Shown in pieces: positions 40,545 through 50,003 of a stretch of DNA of 64,000 nt. Numbering within the stretch: the stretch's first letter is position 1; each line of letters begins with the position of its first letter. Source of the DNA: a virus; IMG/VR virus record IMGVR_UViG_3300033150_001234, positions 1-64,000 of that record; one strand, 5' to 3'. The notes beneath the pieces are model-generated. The model saw only the letters and a list, made by a program, of their open reading frames with translations, did no database searches and had not been told where the DNA came from. The translations under genes and the position numbers were made by a program.

Positions 40545-41575
40545 AACCAAAAAGAGCATTAATATTACACGCCAATAATGATTATAATTCAGGAGATTTA
40601 CTTACATATTGGGGAACAAAGTATTTGCTCACTAAAGCTCTTCAAGGTGCTCAAAATTTAGATATTGTACAATTTGACATGATAAGAGCACATGATACCG
40701 AGCCTAAAACCTATATTAAAGAGTACGCATGGGGAGATATAGATATAATAGTCTTGGCAGGTTCTCCCTGGATATGGAATACATGTGATAAAAGTAAAAA
40801 ATATAAATTGTTAACAGATGCTCTTAAGAGATGGCCCAAAGCTAAAGTTATAGGTTTAGGAATAGGTAGCTGTTTTAGCAATGAAGTTTATAGAAATATG
40901 AGACAGGATGAGGTGGATAGATACTTTTTCAATGACCCCACTAGAAAGCAGCGGCTACATGATATTTATAAAAGGTTTAATTACATACTGGTAAGAGATA
41001 ATTTTGCTAAATATATTTTAGAAAGATGTAATGTAAAATCAACTTATTCTTATGATACTAGTATTTTTGCGCATCATAGATTTGGAAAAAGTAAATATAA
41101 AGGTCAAAGGAAGAAAAGAGCTTTATTTTTTTATAAGCCGGACGACGGTATATCTAAAAATTGTTTAAACTTTAAAGCTAGTGAGTATATTCAGTTTCAA
41201 TTAGATTGGGCTAAAAAATATAATGCAGATATTTATTGTAATGGTGTGGGGGAAAAGATTTTTTTAGAAGATAAGGGTATTAAAGCGTCCTTTTCAGTAG
41301 ATTTAGATTTTTTATCTAGTAAATTTACAGAATATAACGATTTATTATCTGGTAGAGTTCACATGGCAATATTAGGTTTTATGACGGGTATACCCAATAT
41401 TACCTTGTTACCCATAGATACTAGATTTATGACAGTATTGAAGTTTGGTATTACTTTAAAGTTTGTGGGACATTCTTTTAATTACTCACCTATTAAAGTA
41501 GCTCCAGCTATTTGGAAGGACATTAATAAGGAAGAGGTAAAAATTATTAAGGGGATTAGAAATGCGATTGCATGA
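40541..41575 (+). CDS. Polysaccharide pyruvyltransferase-like protein
   Basis: NSGD, GLGIG, ILVRD, SGRVHMAI....GIP, DTRF. Confidence 0.8.
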   Translation: MKPKRALILHANNDYNSGDLLTYWGTKYLLTKALQGAQNLDIVQFDMIRAHDTEPKTYIKEYAWGDIDIIVLAGSPWIWNTCDKSKKYKLLTDALKRWPKAKVIGLGIGSCFSNEVYRNMRQDEVDRYFFNDPTRKQRLHDIYKRFNYILVRDNFAKYILERCNVKSTYSYDTSIFAHHRFGKSKYKGQRKKRALFFYKPDDGISKNCLNFKASEYIQFQLDWAKKYNADIYCNGVGEKIFLEDKGIKASFSVDLDFLSSKFTEYNDLLSGRVHMAILGFMTGIPNITLLPIDTRFMTVLKFGITLKFVGHSFNYSPIKVAPAIWKDINKEEVKIIKGIRNAIA

Positions 41576-42140
41576 AAAAACCTTAATTTTAAAGTATTTA
41601 ACAAAAGATATTACACCTGAGAATGGTATAGATATAGGATGTGGACCACGTATAAAAAAGGGACAAAATTGTGACGGTCAAGAATTTCAGGGAAAACTAT
41701 TGGGGGTAGATAAAAATAGATTATTTGAGCCCGACTTATGTTGCGACATTTTAGATATAAATAAACATATCAACCCTAGTTCTCTTAAATTAGTCACATT
41801 TGTGCATACGTTAGAAGATTTAGAAAATCCATATGAATGTTTAAGAAGATTAATCAAACTCATAGCTAAAGACGGTATATTAATTATTATTTGTCCATAT
41901 CGGGGTAAATATCCGCGTATAGGCACTAAAAACGCTAACGGTGGGCATAAGTTTGACTTTGACCCGCATGATGTTGAATATATGTTGTGGAGGACATTCG
42001 TTAAACAAAAATCGAACTATAGGACGCTGAGCGTAAATACATTGGGCACAGATTCCTTTGAAGTTATTATACAGAAAAAATTTGTTAAATTAAATTATAA
42101 GTATTGGCCAGGACATCAAATGTGTGATGATAAGGAGTAA
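41562..42140 (+). CDS. Class I SAM methyltransferase
   Basis: IDIGCG, GVD, HTLEDL.NP, G.LIIICP. Confidence 0.85.
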   Translation: MRLHEKTLILKYLTKDITPENGIDIGCGPRIKKGQNCDGQEFQGKLLGVDKNRLFEPDLCCDILDINKHINPSSLKLVTFVHTLEDLENPYECLRRLIKLIAKDGILIIICPYRGKYPRIGTKNANGGHKFDFDPHDVEYMLWRTFVKQKSNYRTLSVNTLGTDSFEVIIQKKFVKLNYKYWPGHQMCDDKE

Positions 42141-42143
42141 AAC

Positions 42144-43250
42144 ATGGAAGCTAAGGAAATTTGTCTAATAGATGCGGGAATTAATGGCAAGGAAATATTC
42201 TTTAAATTTTCAGGCTTAGAAAAGCTATTTAATGTTACGGAAATTGTAATAAAATATGATGATAATGTAGATTTTTTATCTAGTGATGTATTGGCTAATA
42301 TGTTCTTATCATTTACATTGCCCGTGCTTGCAAGAATAGTGTCTAATAATATTATATTAAAAACAAAATTAAAACTTCATAACGATACAAAATTATTTTG
42401 GGAGAGGTATATAAATAAGGTTCAAAAATATAATAAACATTTGGGTATTTTTAATTTAAAATTAGATGCTGATATAATCACGAACCATGAGGTATTGTAT
42501 AACCCTGAAAAACCATCCAAAATTGCTGTTCTCTATGGTGGGGGGGTTGAGAGTAATTATACTCTAGCAAGTTTTATTTCTTTGAAACCAATATTACTTG
42601 TTTTTGAAGGTAAAAACTATATGAATAATCGCACTGGGCAAAACCAAATAAAACAACAACTTTTAGACGAAGTTTGTAAAGAAAATAATATAGAATATAA
42701 GAGAGTTTATGTACCATTTCGAGAGGAAAATGTATCGATAATGACCGAAGTAGATTTTAATAATTTCTTAATGGGTCCATTATTTTACTTTCTATCTTTA
42801 CCCATTATAAAAAGACATAATATTTCAATAATATTTTCGGGCCAAGAGCAAGAAGATTTACCTCCCTTTCACTCTACTACTATTTGGGATTATTCTTTTA
42901 GTTCACACTTTATTAATCAACTATATATAGGTAATGGACCGACGATGAAGGGCTTTGGGGGATATGCGAGTAAATGCAGTTTAATATATGATTTATATCA
43001 CTTATTTCCAAAGTTTTATAAGTATATTTATAGTTGTTATTGTTGCGGCAAAGATAGGTGGGAAGGCAAATGCTTAAAATGTAATCGAATTGCTTATTAT
43101 TGTGATAAATTAAAATTGGACAAAAAACCTCTAGGATTACCTGATACAATAACGAATGAACTTATTAGTCCAGAAGTATTATTAGCAGAGAAGAAAAAAT
43201 ATTTGAAAAATTGTGATGAGTTTGCTAGAAATTTAGGATTTGGTAAATAA
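42144..43250 (+). CDS. PP-loop/adenine nucleotide alpha-hydrolase-like protein (MurL/QueC-like)
   Basis: AVLYGGGVES (variant of SGGxDS), YSCY...W.GKCLKC.R. Confidence 0.55.
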   Translation: MEAKEICLIDAGINGKEIFFKFSGLEKLFNVTEIVIKYDDNVDFLSSDVLANMFLSFTLPVLARIVSNNIILKTKLKLHNDTKLFWERYINKVQKYNKHLGIFNLKLDADIITNHEVLYNPEKPSKIAVLYGGGVESNYTLASFISLKPILLVFEGKNYMNNRTGQNQIKQQLLDEVCKENNIEYKRVYVPFREENVSIMTEVDFNNFLMGPLFYFLSLPIIKRHNISIIFSGQEQEDLPPFHSTTIWDYSFSSHFINQLYIGNGPTMKGFGGYASKCSLIYDLYHLFPKFYKYIYSCYCCGKDRWEGKCLKCNRIAYYCDKLKLDKKPLGLPDTITNELISPEVLLAEKKKYLKNCDEFARNLGFGK

Positions 43251-43273
43251 TAGAGAAAAGAAGGCGATTAGAG

Positions 43274-44629
43274 ATGGCTTTAAATGAACTACAGCAAAGA
43301 CTAATAGGTGAGACTTATCCTCACAATCATAGGTATGAATTTGATGACCAGTTTAACTTAACTCCCATTGGTCAGATAGTAAGGCGAGACAAATTATGGG
43401 ATGATAAATTTGCTAACATAATAAAAGAATCTAAATCATTTTTAAGCCTCGGGAGCAATAAGGGGTATTTTTGTTTTAAAATGAATAAATCAGGATTAAG
43501 AACAGTCGGGGTGGAGCCGAGTAAAAGCCAAGTTGATTTATGCAGTGATATAGTAAAATACTTTAAATTAGAGAACATTAGCTTTATTAGGTCAGAATTC
43601 AATAAGAAAGTATTAGCGCAGTTAGACGGTTATGATTTAGTTTACATGGGCAACATGTATCACTACATCTTTAATCAATTTCATAATCATCAACCTATTT
43701 GGGAATTACTGTATAAGATAGCGAATAAATATATTATATTTGAGAATCCCTTAGATAATACAGATACAGTAGTTCAAGGAAACTTTTTTAATCCTGATAG
43801 ACCAAAAAATCTATGGTGTCCAGATGTCCAAAGGGAATACACTAAAGAGAAATTCCTACAAGTAGTTAGCCAGTATTTCACTATACAGGATTTAGGAGTC
43901 TCAGCTACTTCCAGTACAAGAAATCTTTATTTATTGACACGAAAAGGACCGGGACTTAGAAAAAGGGAGGATTTTAAGTTACTTAATAACTTGTCTAAAG
44001 TAGAAATTTATTCTGCTATTGATAATATCACTAATAGAAAAGTGTGTGTTAAATTTCTAGGAACTAAGGAGAAACCAATAAATCAGTTTTTATTCTATGA
44101 GGAACATTTGAGAGGCCTGTGTATATTAAATAAAAGAGGACTATCTCCAGAGATATACGCAATTATTTTAAATCAAGACAAAGAAATAATTGGATATTCA
44201 ATGGAACTCATTGAAGATTTTAATTTGGGTAGGTGGATTAAATTCCTTAAGGAGAAACCACTTGAAGAGAGAAAGCAAATTGTAATTAAAATACTGAATT
44301 CTCAGGTTATTTTATTACAAAATAATTTAGTTATGACAGATATAACTATTAGCAATACAATAGGTAATGATGATAAATTTTATATTATAGACGCTGAAAG
44401 TTGGCAATCTATTGAGCATATGCAATATTTAATAGACAAAGACAGTGTTTATGACCTTGCTTTAATAATTGTTAAACTTGAAAGAATAATCTTAAGGTTG
44501 TTAAGCCTGAGAGGTTATACTAAATCAGGAATAGAAAAATGTTTTCAACAGATGACGTGTAAATCTTTAATATCTGAAAATTTTTATTTAGATTTAATTA
44601 AGGTTATAGAGAGGTATCAAGATGAATAA
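43274..44629 (+). CDS. Methyltransferase-kinase fusion (WbdD-like architecture)
   Basis: N-half FLSLGSNKGYF, VGVEP, YDLV..GNMYHY, IIFE; C-half VCVKF, PEIY, MELIE, TDITISN, YIIDAE. Confidence 0.75.
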   Translation: MALNELQQRLIGETYPHNHRYEFDDQFNLTPIGQIVRRDKLWDDKFANIIKESKSFLSLGSNKGYFCFKMNKSGLRTVGVEPSKSQVDLCSDIVKYFKLENISFIRSEFNKKVLAQLDGYDLVYMGNMYHYIFNQFHNHQPIWELLYKIANKYIIFENPLDNTDTVVQGNFFNPDRPKNLWCPDVQREYTKEKFLQVVSQYFTIQDLGVSATSSTRNLYLLTRKGPGLRKREDFKLLNNLSKVEIYSAIDNITNRKVCVKFLGTKEKPINQFLFYEEHLRGLCILNKRGLSPEIYAIILNQDKEIIGYSMELIEDFNLGRWIKFLKEKPLEERKQIVIKILNSQVILLQNNLVMTDITISNTIGNDDKFYIIDAESWQSIEHMQYLIDKDSVYDLALIIVKLERIILRLLSLRGYTKSGIEKCFQQMTCKSLISENFYLDLIKVIERYQDE

Positions 44630-45443
44630 AGCAAAATTAGCTGTATGGATAGTTGTAAGAGATGATGTATATTATATTGACATGGCAATAAAGAGTGTAC
44701 TGCCATATGTAGATAGTATTTATATTCTTGATAATGGTTCAACAGATGGCACCCTTGAACTTATTGAGTCTTTTAAGAGTGATAAAATATTTTTAGAAAA
44801 AATAAAATATGATTTTGACAAGGCTGACTTTGATAAAGGGTATCACACCTGGAATCACCCTTATTGGATGTGGGATGAGACCAAGGACGGTAATAGTATG
44901 GAAGCACAAACAAGGAATCAGTGCATGAAGAATTGCATAGAGAAATTTAAACCCGACTGGTTGATACAATTAGATGCAGATGAGGTTTATACCCCGTTGT
45001 TTTTTGCACAGTTAAAGCAGCATGATTTAAGTAAGATAGTGGCTATTAGACATTCGACAGACAATTTTATCACCCCGAATTATATTATGAGGAGACCAAA
45101 CCAGGATTGCTTTGACCCGCATCACAGGTCCTGGAATCCAACCCTAGATATTAGTTGGAAAAAGACGAGTAAGACTTGCGGACATGTAGCACCAGATATG
45201 AGTAAGTTCACCGAAGGTAAGATTTGGATGGATGGTATTGTACACGTACACTTACACAGAACATTTGGCCCAAAGTGTGAGAAGTATTGGGGTGCAGAGA
45301 GGGAAGCGAATAAATTATATAATCCAAAAAATATAAATCCTGAACTCTTTGATGGTCTTATAAAAAATGCTAAAAAGGTTAACTTTAATTGGGATGAATT
45401 ATCTTTTGTACTTGAAAAATGGAAAAAGTGGGGTATAGTATAG
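44622..45443 (+). CDS. Glycosyltransferase family 2
   Basis: SVLPYVD.IYILDNGSTDGT, RN, WLIQLDADE. Confidence 0.9.
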   Translation: MNKAKLAVWIVVRDDVYYIDMAIKSVLPYVDSIYILDNGSTDGTLELIESFKSDKIFLEKIKYDFDKADFDKGYHTWNHPYWMWDETKDGNSMEAQTRNQCMKNCIEKFKPDWLIQLDADEVYTPLFFAQLKQHDLSKIVAIRHSTDNFITPNYIMRRPNQDCFDPHHRSWNPTLDISWKKTSKTCGHVAPDMSKFTEGKIWMDGIVHVHLHRTFGPKCEKYWGAEREANKLYNPKNINPELFDGLIKNAKKVNFNWDELSFVLEKWKKWGIV

Positions 45444-46030
45444 TGGATATAAATAAATACGAAAATTATGAAAAAGAACCCTTTGCTGCATGTGAAAATC
45501 CGGATGTACCAATGGGAAAATGGTTATTGAAAAATTTGCAGACCAAACCAAACACACTTTTAGATGTAGGATGTGGAATAGGTGTACATACAAAATGGTT
45601 TAATGAACAGGGTATAATTACTCAAGGTATTACGGTAAATTCAAAAGAGGTTGAGAAAAGAATACATAAAAATGTTCAATTGGGTAATATGCTGAGTATT
45701 CCTTTCGAAGATAGTACATTCGATTGTGTATTCTGTCTGGGTACTCTTGAGCACACACACTCTCCCTTTATAGCGTTAAGTGAATTTAATAGGGTGCTTA
45801 AAGATTCAGGTTATTTATTTTTAGACATGTGTGGTATTAACTGTATGATGGTTATTAATAAAATTTATTGGTATCATAAGAATGTACTTTTTCCAATACA
45901 AATACGGGATATGCTCCTCAGGTCAAATTTTGAATTAGTAGGTGGGAGTTGGAATGAGACTATAAAGGAAGATGGTACATATACAAGTGTGGCAAGGGCA
46001 CATTATTTAGCAAAGAAGTTAGAGGTATAG
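45419..46030 (+). CDS. Class I SAM methyltransferase (type 11)
   Basis: LLDVGCGIG, IPFEDSTFD, LEH, RVLKDSG. Confidence 0.92.
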   Translation: MEKVGYSIVDINKYENYEKEPFAACENPDVPMGKWLLKNLQTKPNTLLDVGCGIGVHTKWFNEQGIITQGITVNSKEVEKRIHKNVQLGNMLSIPFEDSTFDCVFCLGTLEHTHSPFIALSEFNRVLKDSGYLFLDMCGINCMMVINKIYWYHKNVLFPIQIRDMLLRSNFELVGGSWNETIKEDGTYTSVARAHYLAKKLEV

Positions 46031-46031
46031 T

Positions 46032-47222
46032 ATGCAATTAATTTTAATACTCCCCAAAAATAGTTTTTTAGATGAAGACAATTTCGTGCCTCCATTGGGA
46101 TTATTATATGTTGCCGCTGCGTTAAAGCCATCTTTTAAGTTAATAAAAATTTTAAGTTGGGAAAAGGGTTTAAGATATTCTTTTCAAAAAGAAGATATAC
46201 TTGGATTTGGGGGAAGTAGTATACATGAAGAGCAATTTCAAGAATTGGGTAAGCGGTTTCAAGGAATATTTAAAATAGCCGGTGGACCACTGCCCTCCAT
46301 ACGTCCTAAGAAGATTCAGGATTACGGTTTTGATATAGTAGTTACTAGAGAAATAGAAGGCATAGTAGAATTATTGATAGAAAAGATTTTAAAACGTGAA
46401 AAGGGGATTATACGGGGACACCCTAACTTTAAATTAGATGATATTCAAACCATAGACTTCTCATTAGTGGAAAATAAGTTTAATTTTTCCAAGCGTTTGC
46501 CCGTTATGACATCAAGAGGTTGTCCATATAAGTGTGCATTTTGTGCAAAGATTATAGATAAGGTCAGATTAAGAAACGTAGTTAGTTTAAGAAAAGAAAT
46601 AGAAGTATTGAAGGAAAAATATAATCCAAAAATGTTCATATTTTATGATGATAATATCTTAATGAGTAAGCCGCGATTCATACAATTATGTAAAGAATTA
46701 CAAAAGATAAAGATTGCTTGGAGGTCTCAGGCTCGTAGTGATTATGTAGATAGTACTGTTATAAAATATGCACTAGATGCAGGCTGTAAATATCTAAGTT
46801 TTGGAATAGAGAGTGGTAGTCAAAAAATTTTAAATGTTGTAAATAAGTCAAATAGTGTACAAACAAACACAAAAGCGATAAGTATCTGCAAAAAACTAGG
46901 TTTAAAGACTAAGGTTTTCTTAATGATTGGCTTACCAGGTGAGACATTAGACACATTGGAGGCTACCAAAAAATGGGTATTGGAGAATCAACCTGATAGA
47001 GTAAGTCTTTATATATTCCATCCCTTTCCGGGATGTGACATTTATGAGAATATTCAACAATATGATATTCAAATAGTGGGTAAACAAATGAATTATTATG
47101 CAGGGAAAGGAAGCTCTTCACCCTGCATCATTAGGACATCCCATCTAACTTCTACAGAGTTACAGCAGGCTAGAGAAGAGATGGTTAAGTTGTTCCAAAA
47201 AAACGATATTATAGTTTATTAG
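46032..47222 (+). CDS. B12-binding radical SAM protein
   Basis: PPLGLLYVAA, GGP.PS, TSRGCPYKCAFC, YDDN, GIESGSQ, IGLPGET. Confidence 0.93.
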   Translation: MQLILILPKNSFLDEDNFVPPLGLLYVAAALKPSFKLIKILSWEKGLRYSFQKEDILGFGGSSIHEEQFQELGKRFQGIFKIAGGPLPSIRPKKIQDYGFDIVVTREIEGIVELLIEKILKREKGIIRGHPNFKLDDIQTIDFSLVENKFNFSKRLPVMTSRGCPYKCAFCAKIIDKVRLRNVVSLRKEIEVLKEKYNPKMFIFYDDNILMSKPRFIQLCKELQKIKIAWRSQARSDYVDSTVIKYALDAGCKYLSFGIESGSQKILNVVNKSNSVQTNTKAISICKKLGLKTKVFLMIGLPGETLDTLEATKKWVLENQPDRVSLYIFHPFPGCDIYENIQQYDIQIVGKQMNYYAGKGSSSPCIIRTSHLTSTELQQAREEMVKLFQKNDIIVY

Positions 47223-47271
47223 GTGTAAAATAGGTTATGCTAAATATTTTCTTTATATAAGAGGTATAAAC

Positions 47272-47874
47272 ATGGATATTCTACTTATTTTGAATAAACT
47301 CGATTTAGAGTGTAAGATGTTTAATAAGGATTTATTAGAATTTACATTAGCTAGATTAGAACCCGTCTATAGGGTTAAAATCTATACAGATGAGAAAATA
47401 ATACCTAGATATGTAGAAGAGAAGTGCATTAAAGCGACCAATAAGATGGAAGCTGCCAGTAAGTTTGCAGAAGGGAAGGAAGAATTTATTATTATATCTA
47501 GATTATCTTTGACTAATATAAATTTTGGAGGCTTAATAACATATCATAGAAACCACACTAAAAAGGTAACAGTAGTTGCTAAAAATTTTGTAGTTAATAA
47601 ATCAATACCTATTTATAAATTAGATGATAAGAAAAATATAACAGCAGTAACTAGAAAGAGATTTGCAGATTGTGGAATTTATTTATTTAAAAAAGGAATT
47701 GATTTTAAAAAATATAAAAATATTTTCACAATTATTCTAGATATGATTGATAAAAAAGAAATTAAGGGATTTATACATAAGGGATATTTTTGGACATCTC
47801 ATAACACAAAAAGAGAGAGAAATCATGGTATTGTTAACACGAGCAGAAGTCGCAGACATATTGGGAATAAGTGA
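47272..47874 (+). CDS. Degenerate sugar-phosphate nucleotidyltransferase-like protein
   Basis: TNINF..LI.YH, DCGIYLF, HKGYFW; lacks the N-terminal GGxGTR motif. Confidence 0.55.
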   Translation: MDILLILNKLDLECKMFNKDLLEFTLARLEPVYRVKIYTDEKIIPRYVEEKCIKATNKMEAASKFAEGKEEFIIISRLSLTNINFGGLITYHRNHTKKVTVVAKNFVVNKSIPIYKLDDKKNITAVTRKRFADCGIYLFKKGIDFKKYKNIFTIILDMIDKKEIKGFIHKGYFWTSHNTKRERNHGIVNTSRSRRHIGNK

Positions 47875-48418
47875 TACGAGTATTCCCTGGGATGTGGTTA
47901 CTTGGGCAGAAGAAGAAGTTAAGAAACTAACAGGTAAATCATATACTGAAGTTTCTACAAGTAAGACATTCTGCTTACGTATGGACAAACAGGCATATTT
48001 AGATTTACCAGACATGAATATTACCGAAGTTACAAAGATAGAATATTCAACTGATAATGGAGATACTTGGAATGAAATAGTAGGTGAATACTGGTATTTT
48101 GAGGATGAGGGTATAGTAGTATTTGATTTTTTATTAACTGAGTTATATTTATATAAAGTTACTTATAAATACGGTAAATGTGCAGTAGACCCTTTAGAAA
48201 AAAAATTACAATTTCTATTAGTATTCAAATACTTATTAAATTATAAACCTGATTTATTCACAGGCGATACTGAAACAAAGCAAGAAAAAATCGGGGATTA
48301 TGCAATCACATATAATGTACAATCTGCAGTATCGAAACCAGAATTAATTAATAAAGATATAGCAGAATTGAAGAGAGTAATGGGGGCCGGAGACGGTTTC
48401 TCGTATGGGATGATGTAA
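47825..48418 (+). CDS. Head-tail adaptor
   Basis: LLT.AEV, AEE.VKKLTG, VTYKYG, EKIGDYAITY; position before head-closure gene. Confidence 0.75.
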   Translation: MVLLTRAEVADILGISDTSIPWDVVTWAEEEVKKLTGKSYTEVSTSKTFCLRMDKQAYLDLPDMNITEVTKIEYSTDNGDTWNEIVGEYWYFEDEGIVVFDFLLTELYLYKVTYKYGKCAVDPLEKKLQFLLVFKYLLNYKPDLFTGDTETKQEKIGDYAITYNVQSAVSKPELINKDIAELKRVMGAGDGFSYGMM

Positions 48419-48419
48419 G

Positions 48420-48740
48420 ATGATAAGTACTTATTTTAATAAAAGTGCAACACGTACTAGAAAGTCAGTAGTAAGTACAAATGATTTTGGAGAACCAACT
48501 TTTAGCGATAACACATCTGCAAGTTTTGATTGTGCTTTACAACCCGATAATGGTGATTATACGGTAGAGGAATCGGGTAAGGTAATAACAAGTACACATA
48601 GACTTTATTGTGCAATTACAGTAGATATAACTCAGGGTGATATAATTACAATAGAAAGTGAAAAGTATAAAGTATTAGCTGTAATGGATGACGCCGGACG
48701 AGGAAATCATCTGAAAATAATGTTAAGGATAGTGAGCTAA
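48420..48740 (+). CDS. Head-closure protein
   Basis: NDFGEP, CALQP, DITQGDII, Y.V..V.D......HL. Confidence 0.78.
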   Translation: MISTYFNKSATRTRKSVVSTNDFGEPTFSDNTSASFDCALQPDNGDYTVEESGKVITSTHRLYCAITVDITQGDIITIESEKYKVLAVMDDAGRGNHLKIMLRIVS

Positions 48741-49112
48741 GTGTCTCAAGCTACAGAAATAAAAGTTAGAGGTGTAGAACAACTTTTAAAAAAATTAGCT
48801 GTAATAAGTGCAAAAACACCTAAAAAAGTAGAAGATGGTATGTATCGTCTAACTTCTATGGCAGCAGAAATGACAAGGCAATCTTTTCCAGGGTGGATTT
48901 GGGATACAGGTAGATTAGCAGGAAGTGTAGATAATACGGTTAAATGGTATAAGGGTCAAATAGAAGGATATGTTTTTACGATGGTAGATTACGGTATTTA
49001 TGTACACTTCGGTACTTATAAAATGAGAGCAAGACCATTTATGAATATTGCGATGAATGTATTAAGAGACCCAATACGTCATAAGTGGGCATTCGGAAAG
49101 ATATTAGAATAA
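48741..49112 (+). CDS. HK97 gp10-like neck protein
   Basis: GVEQLLKKL, DTGRLAGSV, YGIYVHFGTYKMRARPFM. Confidence 0.88.
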   Translation: MSQATEIKVRGVEQLLKKLAVISAKTPKKVEDGMYRLTSMAAEMTRQSFPGWIWDTGRLAGSVDNTVKWYKGQIEGYVFTMVDYGIYVHFGTYKMRARPFMNIAMNVLRDPIRHKWAFGKILE

Positions 49113-49513
49113 TGGAATTATTAAAAACGATAAGAGACAAACTAATAAGTACAGCGGCAGTGACTACCTTAGTATCTGCTTCAGATATACGTGTACGAGA
49201 TATGCCACTTAGTCGAACTAATAAGCAAATAATTTTGAGCGAAACATTGGGAGATTCTCATTCTACACTAGAGGCAGAAAGTGGTACCTTTACAATAATA
49301 ATTTATGTAAAAGATACCGTAACAGAGGCATATAGTATTTTAAAACAAATAATAGCAGTAGTTTTAGATACATTAGATAAGAAAAATGAAACATTAGCAG
49401 ATAGTAATGCATATGTAAGATTATTTAGAAAAACAGATGGTGAACCAGTACACAATGATAGTGAAGAATTTTGGATGTGCCCAATTGTATTTGATACAGT
49501 TGTGGGTGAATAA
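49112..49513 (+). CDS. Tail terminator/completion protein
   Basis: Synteny; I...L...AAVTTLV start; TAATG coupling. Confidence 0.65.
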   Translation: MELLKTIRDKLISTAAVTTLVSASDIRVRDMPLSRTNKQIILSETLGDSHSTLEAESGTFTIIIYVKDTVTEAYSILKQIIAVVLDTLDKKNETLADSNAYVRLFRKTDGEPVHNDSEEFWMCPIVFDTVVGE

Positions 49514-49540
49514 AAATAAATAAAAAGGAGGGGAGAAAAA

Positions 49541-49939
49541 ATGTACACTTTTAAATTTAGTGCAGGTAAAGCAAAGATTGGCGATGATTATGTAGCACCG
49601 TGTCAAGGGATTACAGTAGCATTTGCCGGAAATCCTTCCGAACTTTTTGGCGGGGATTACAGATATCCTTTAGCTATTGAGCTAGGAAATCAAAGTTGCG
49701 AAATCACAATCGAGAGTGCCGAATTCGGATTGGAAAATTTTCCGGGAGACGACGGCGGGGATGCTGCAACGTTTTTAAAAAATACCTTGATTGACTTGAC
49801 ATTGGAAGCAGGGGCTAACGGTGGCGGTTTAGCAGGTACTATTAAAAATTGTAAGGTAACTAATTATGAAGTTATTTCAGTGCAGGATGATTTTGTAAAA
49901 GCTACACTTACTTTAAAGAAAGTTCAATATTTAACGTAA
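49541..49939 (+). CDS. Probable tail tube protein (132 aa)
   Basis: Position between terminator and chaperones, strong RBS, beta-rich, YPLAIELG motif. Confidence 0.6.
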   Translation: MYTFKFSAGKAKIGDDYVAPCQGITVAFAGNPSELFGGDYRYPLAIELGNQSCEITIESAEFGLENFPGDDGGDAATFLKNTLIDLTLEAGANGGGLAGTIKNCKVTNYEVISVQDDFVKATLTLKKVQYLT

Positions 49940-50003
49940 TGAATATTTGAACATATTCCAAGATTACTCATAGTAATTGAGTTAATAAAAGGAGGTATAT
50001 ATC

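Noticed and set aside
42144-43250. QueC of a 7-deazaguanine DNA-modification pathway
   Set aside because: PP-loop is non-canonical and no folE, queD, queE or dpdA is in the window
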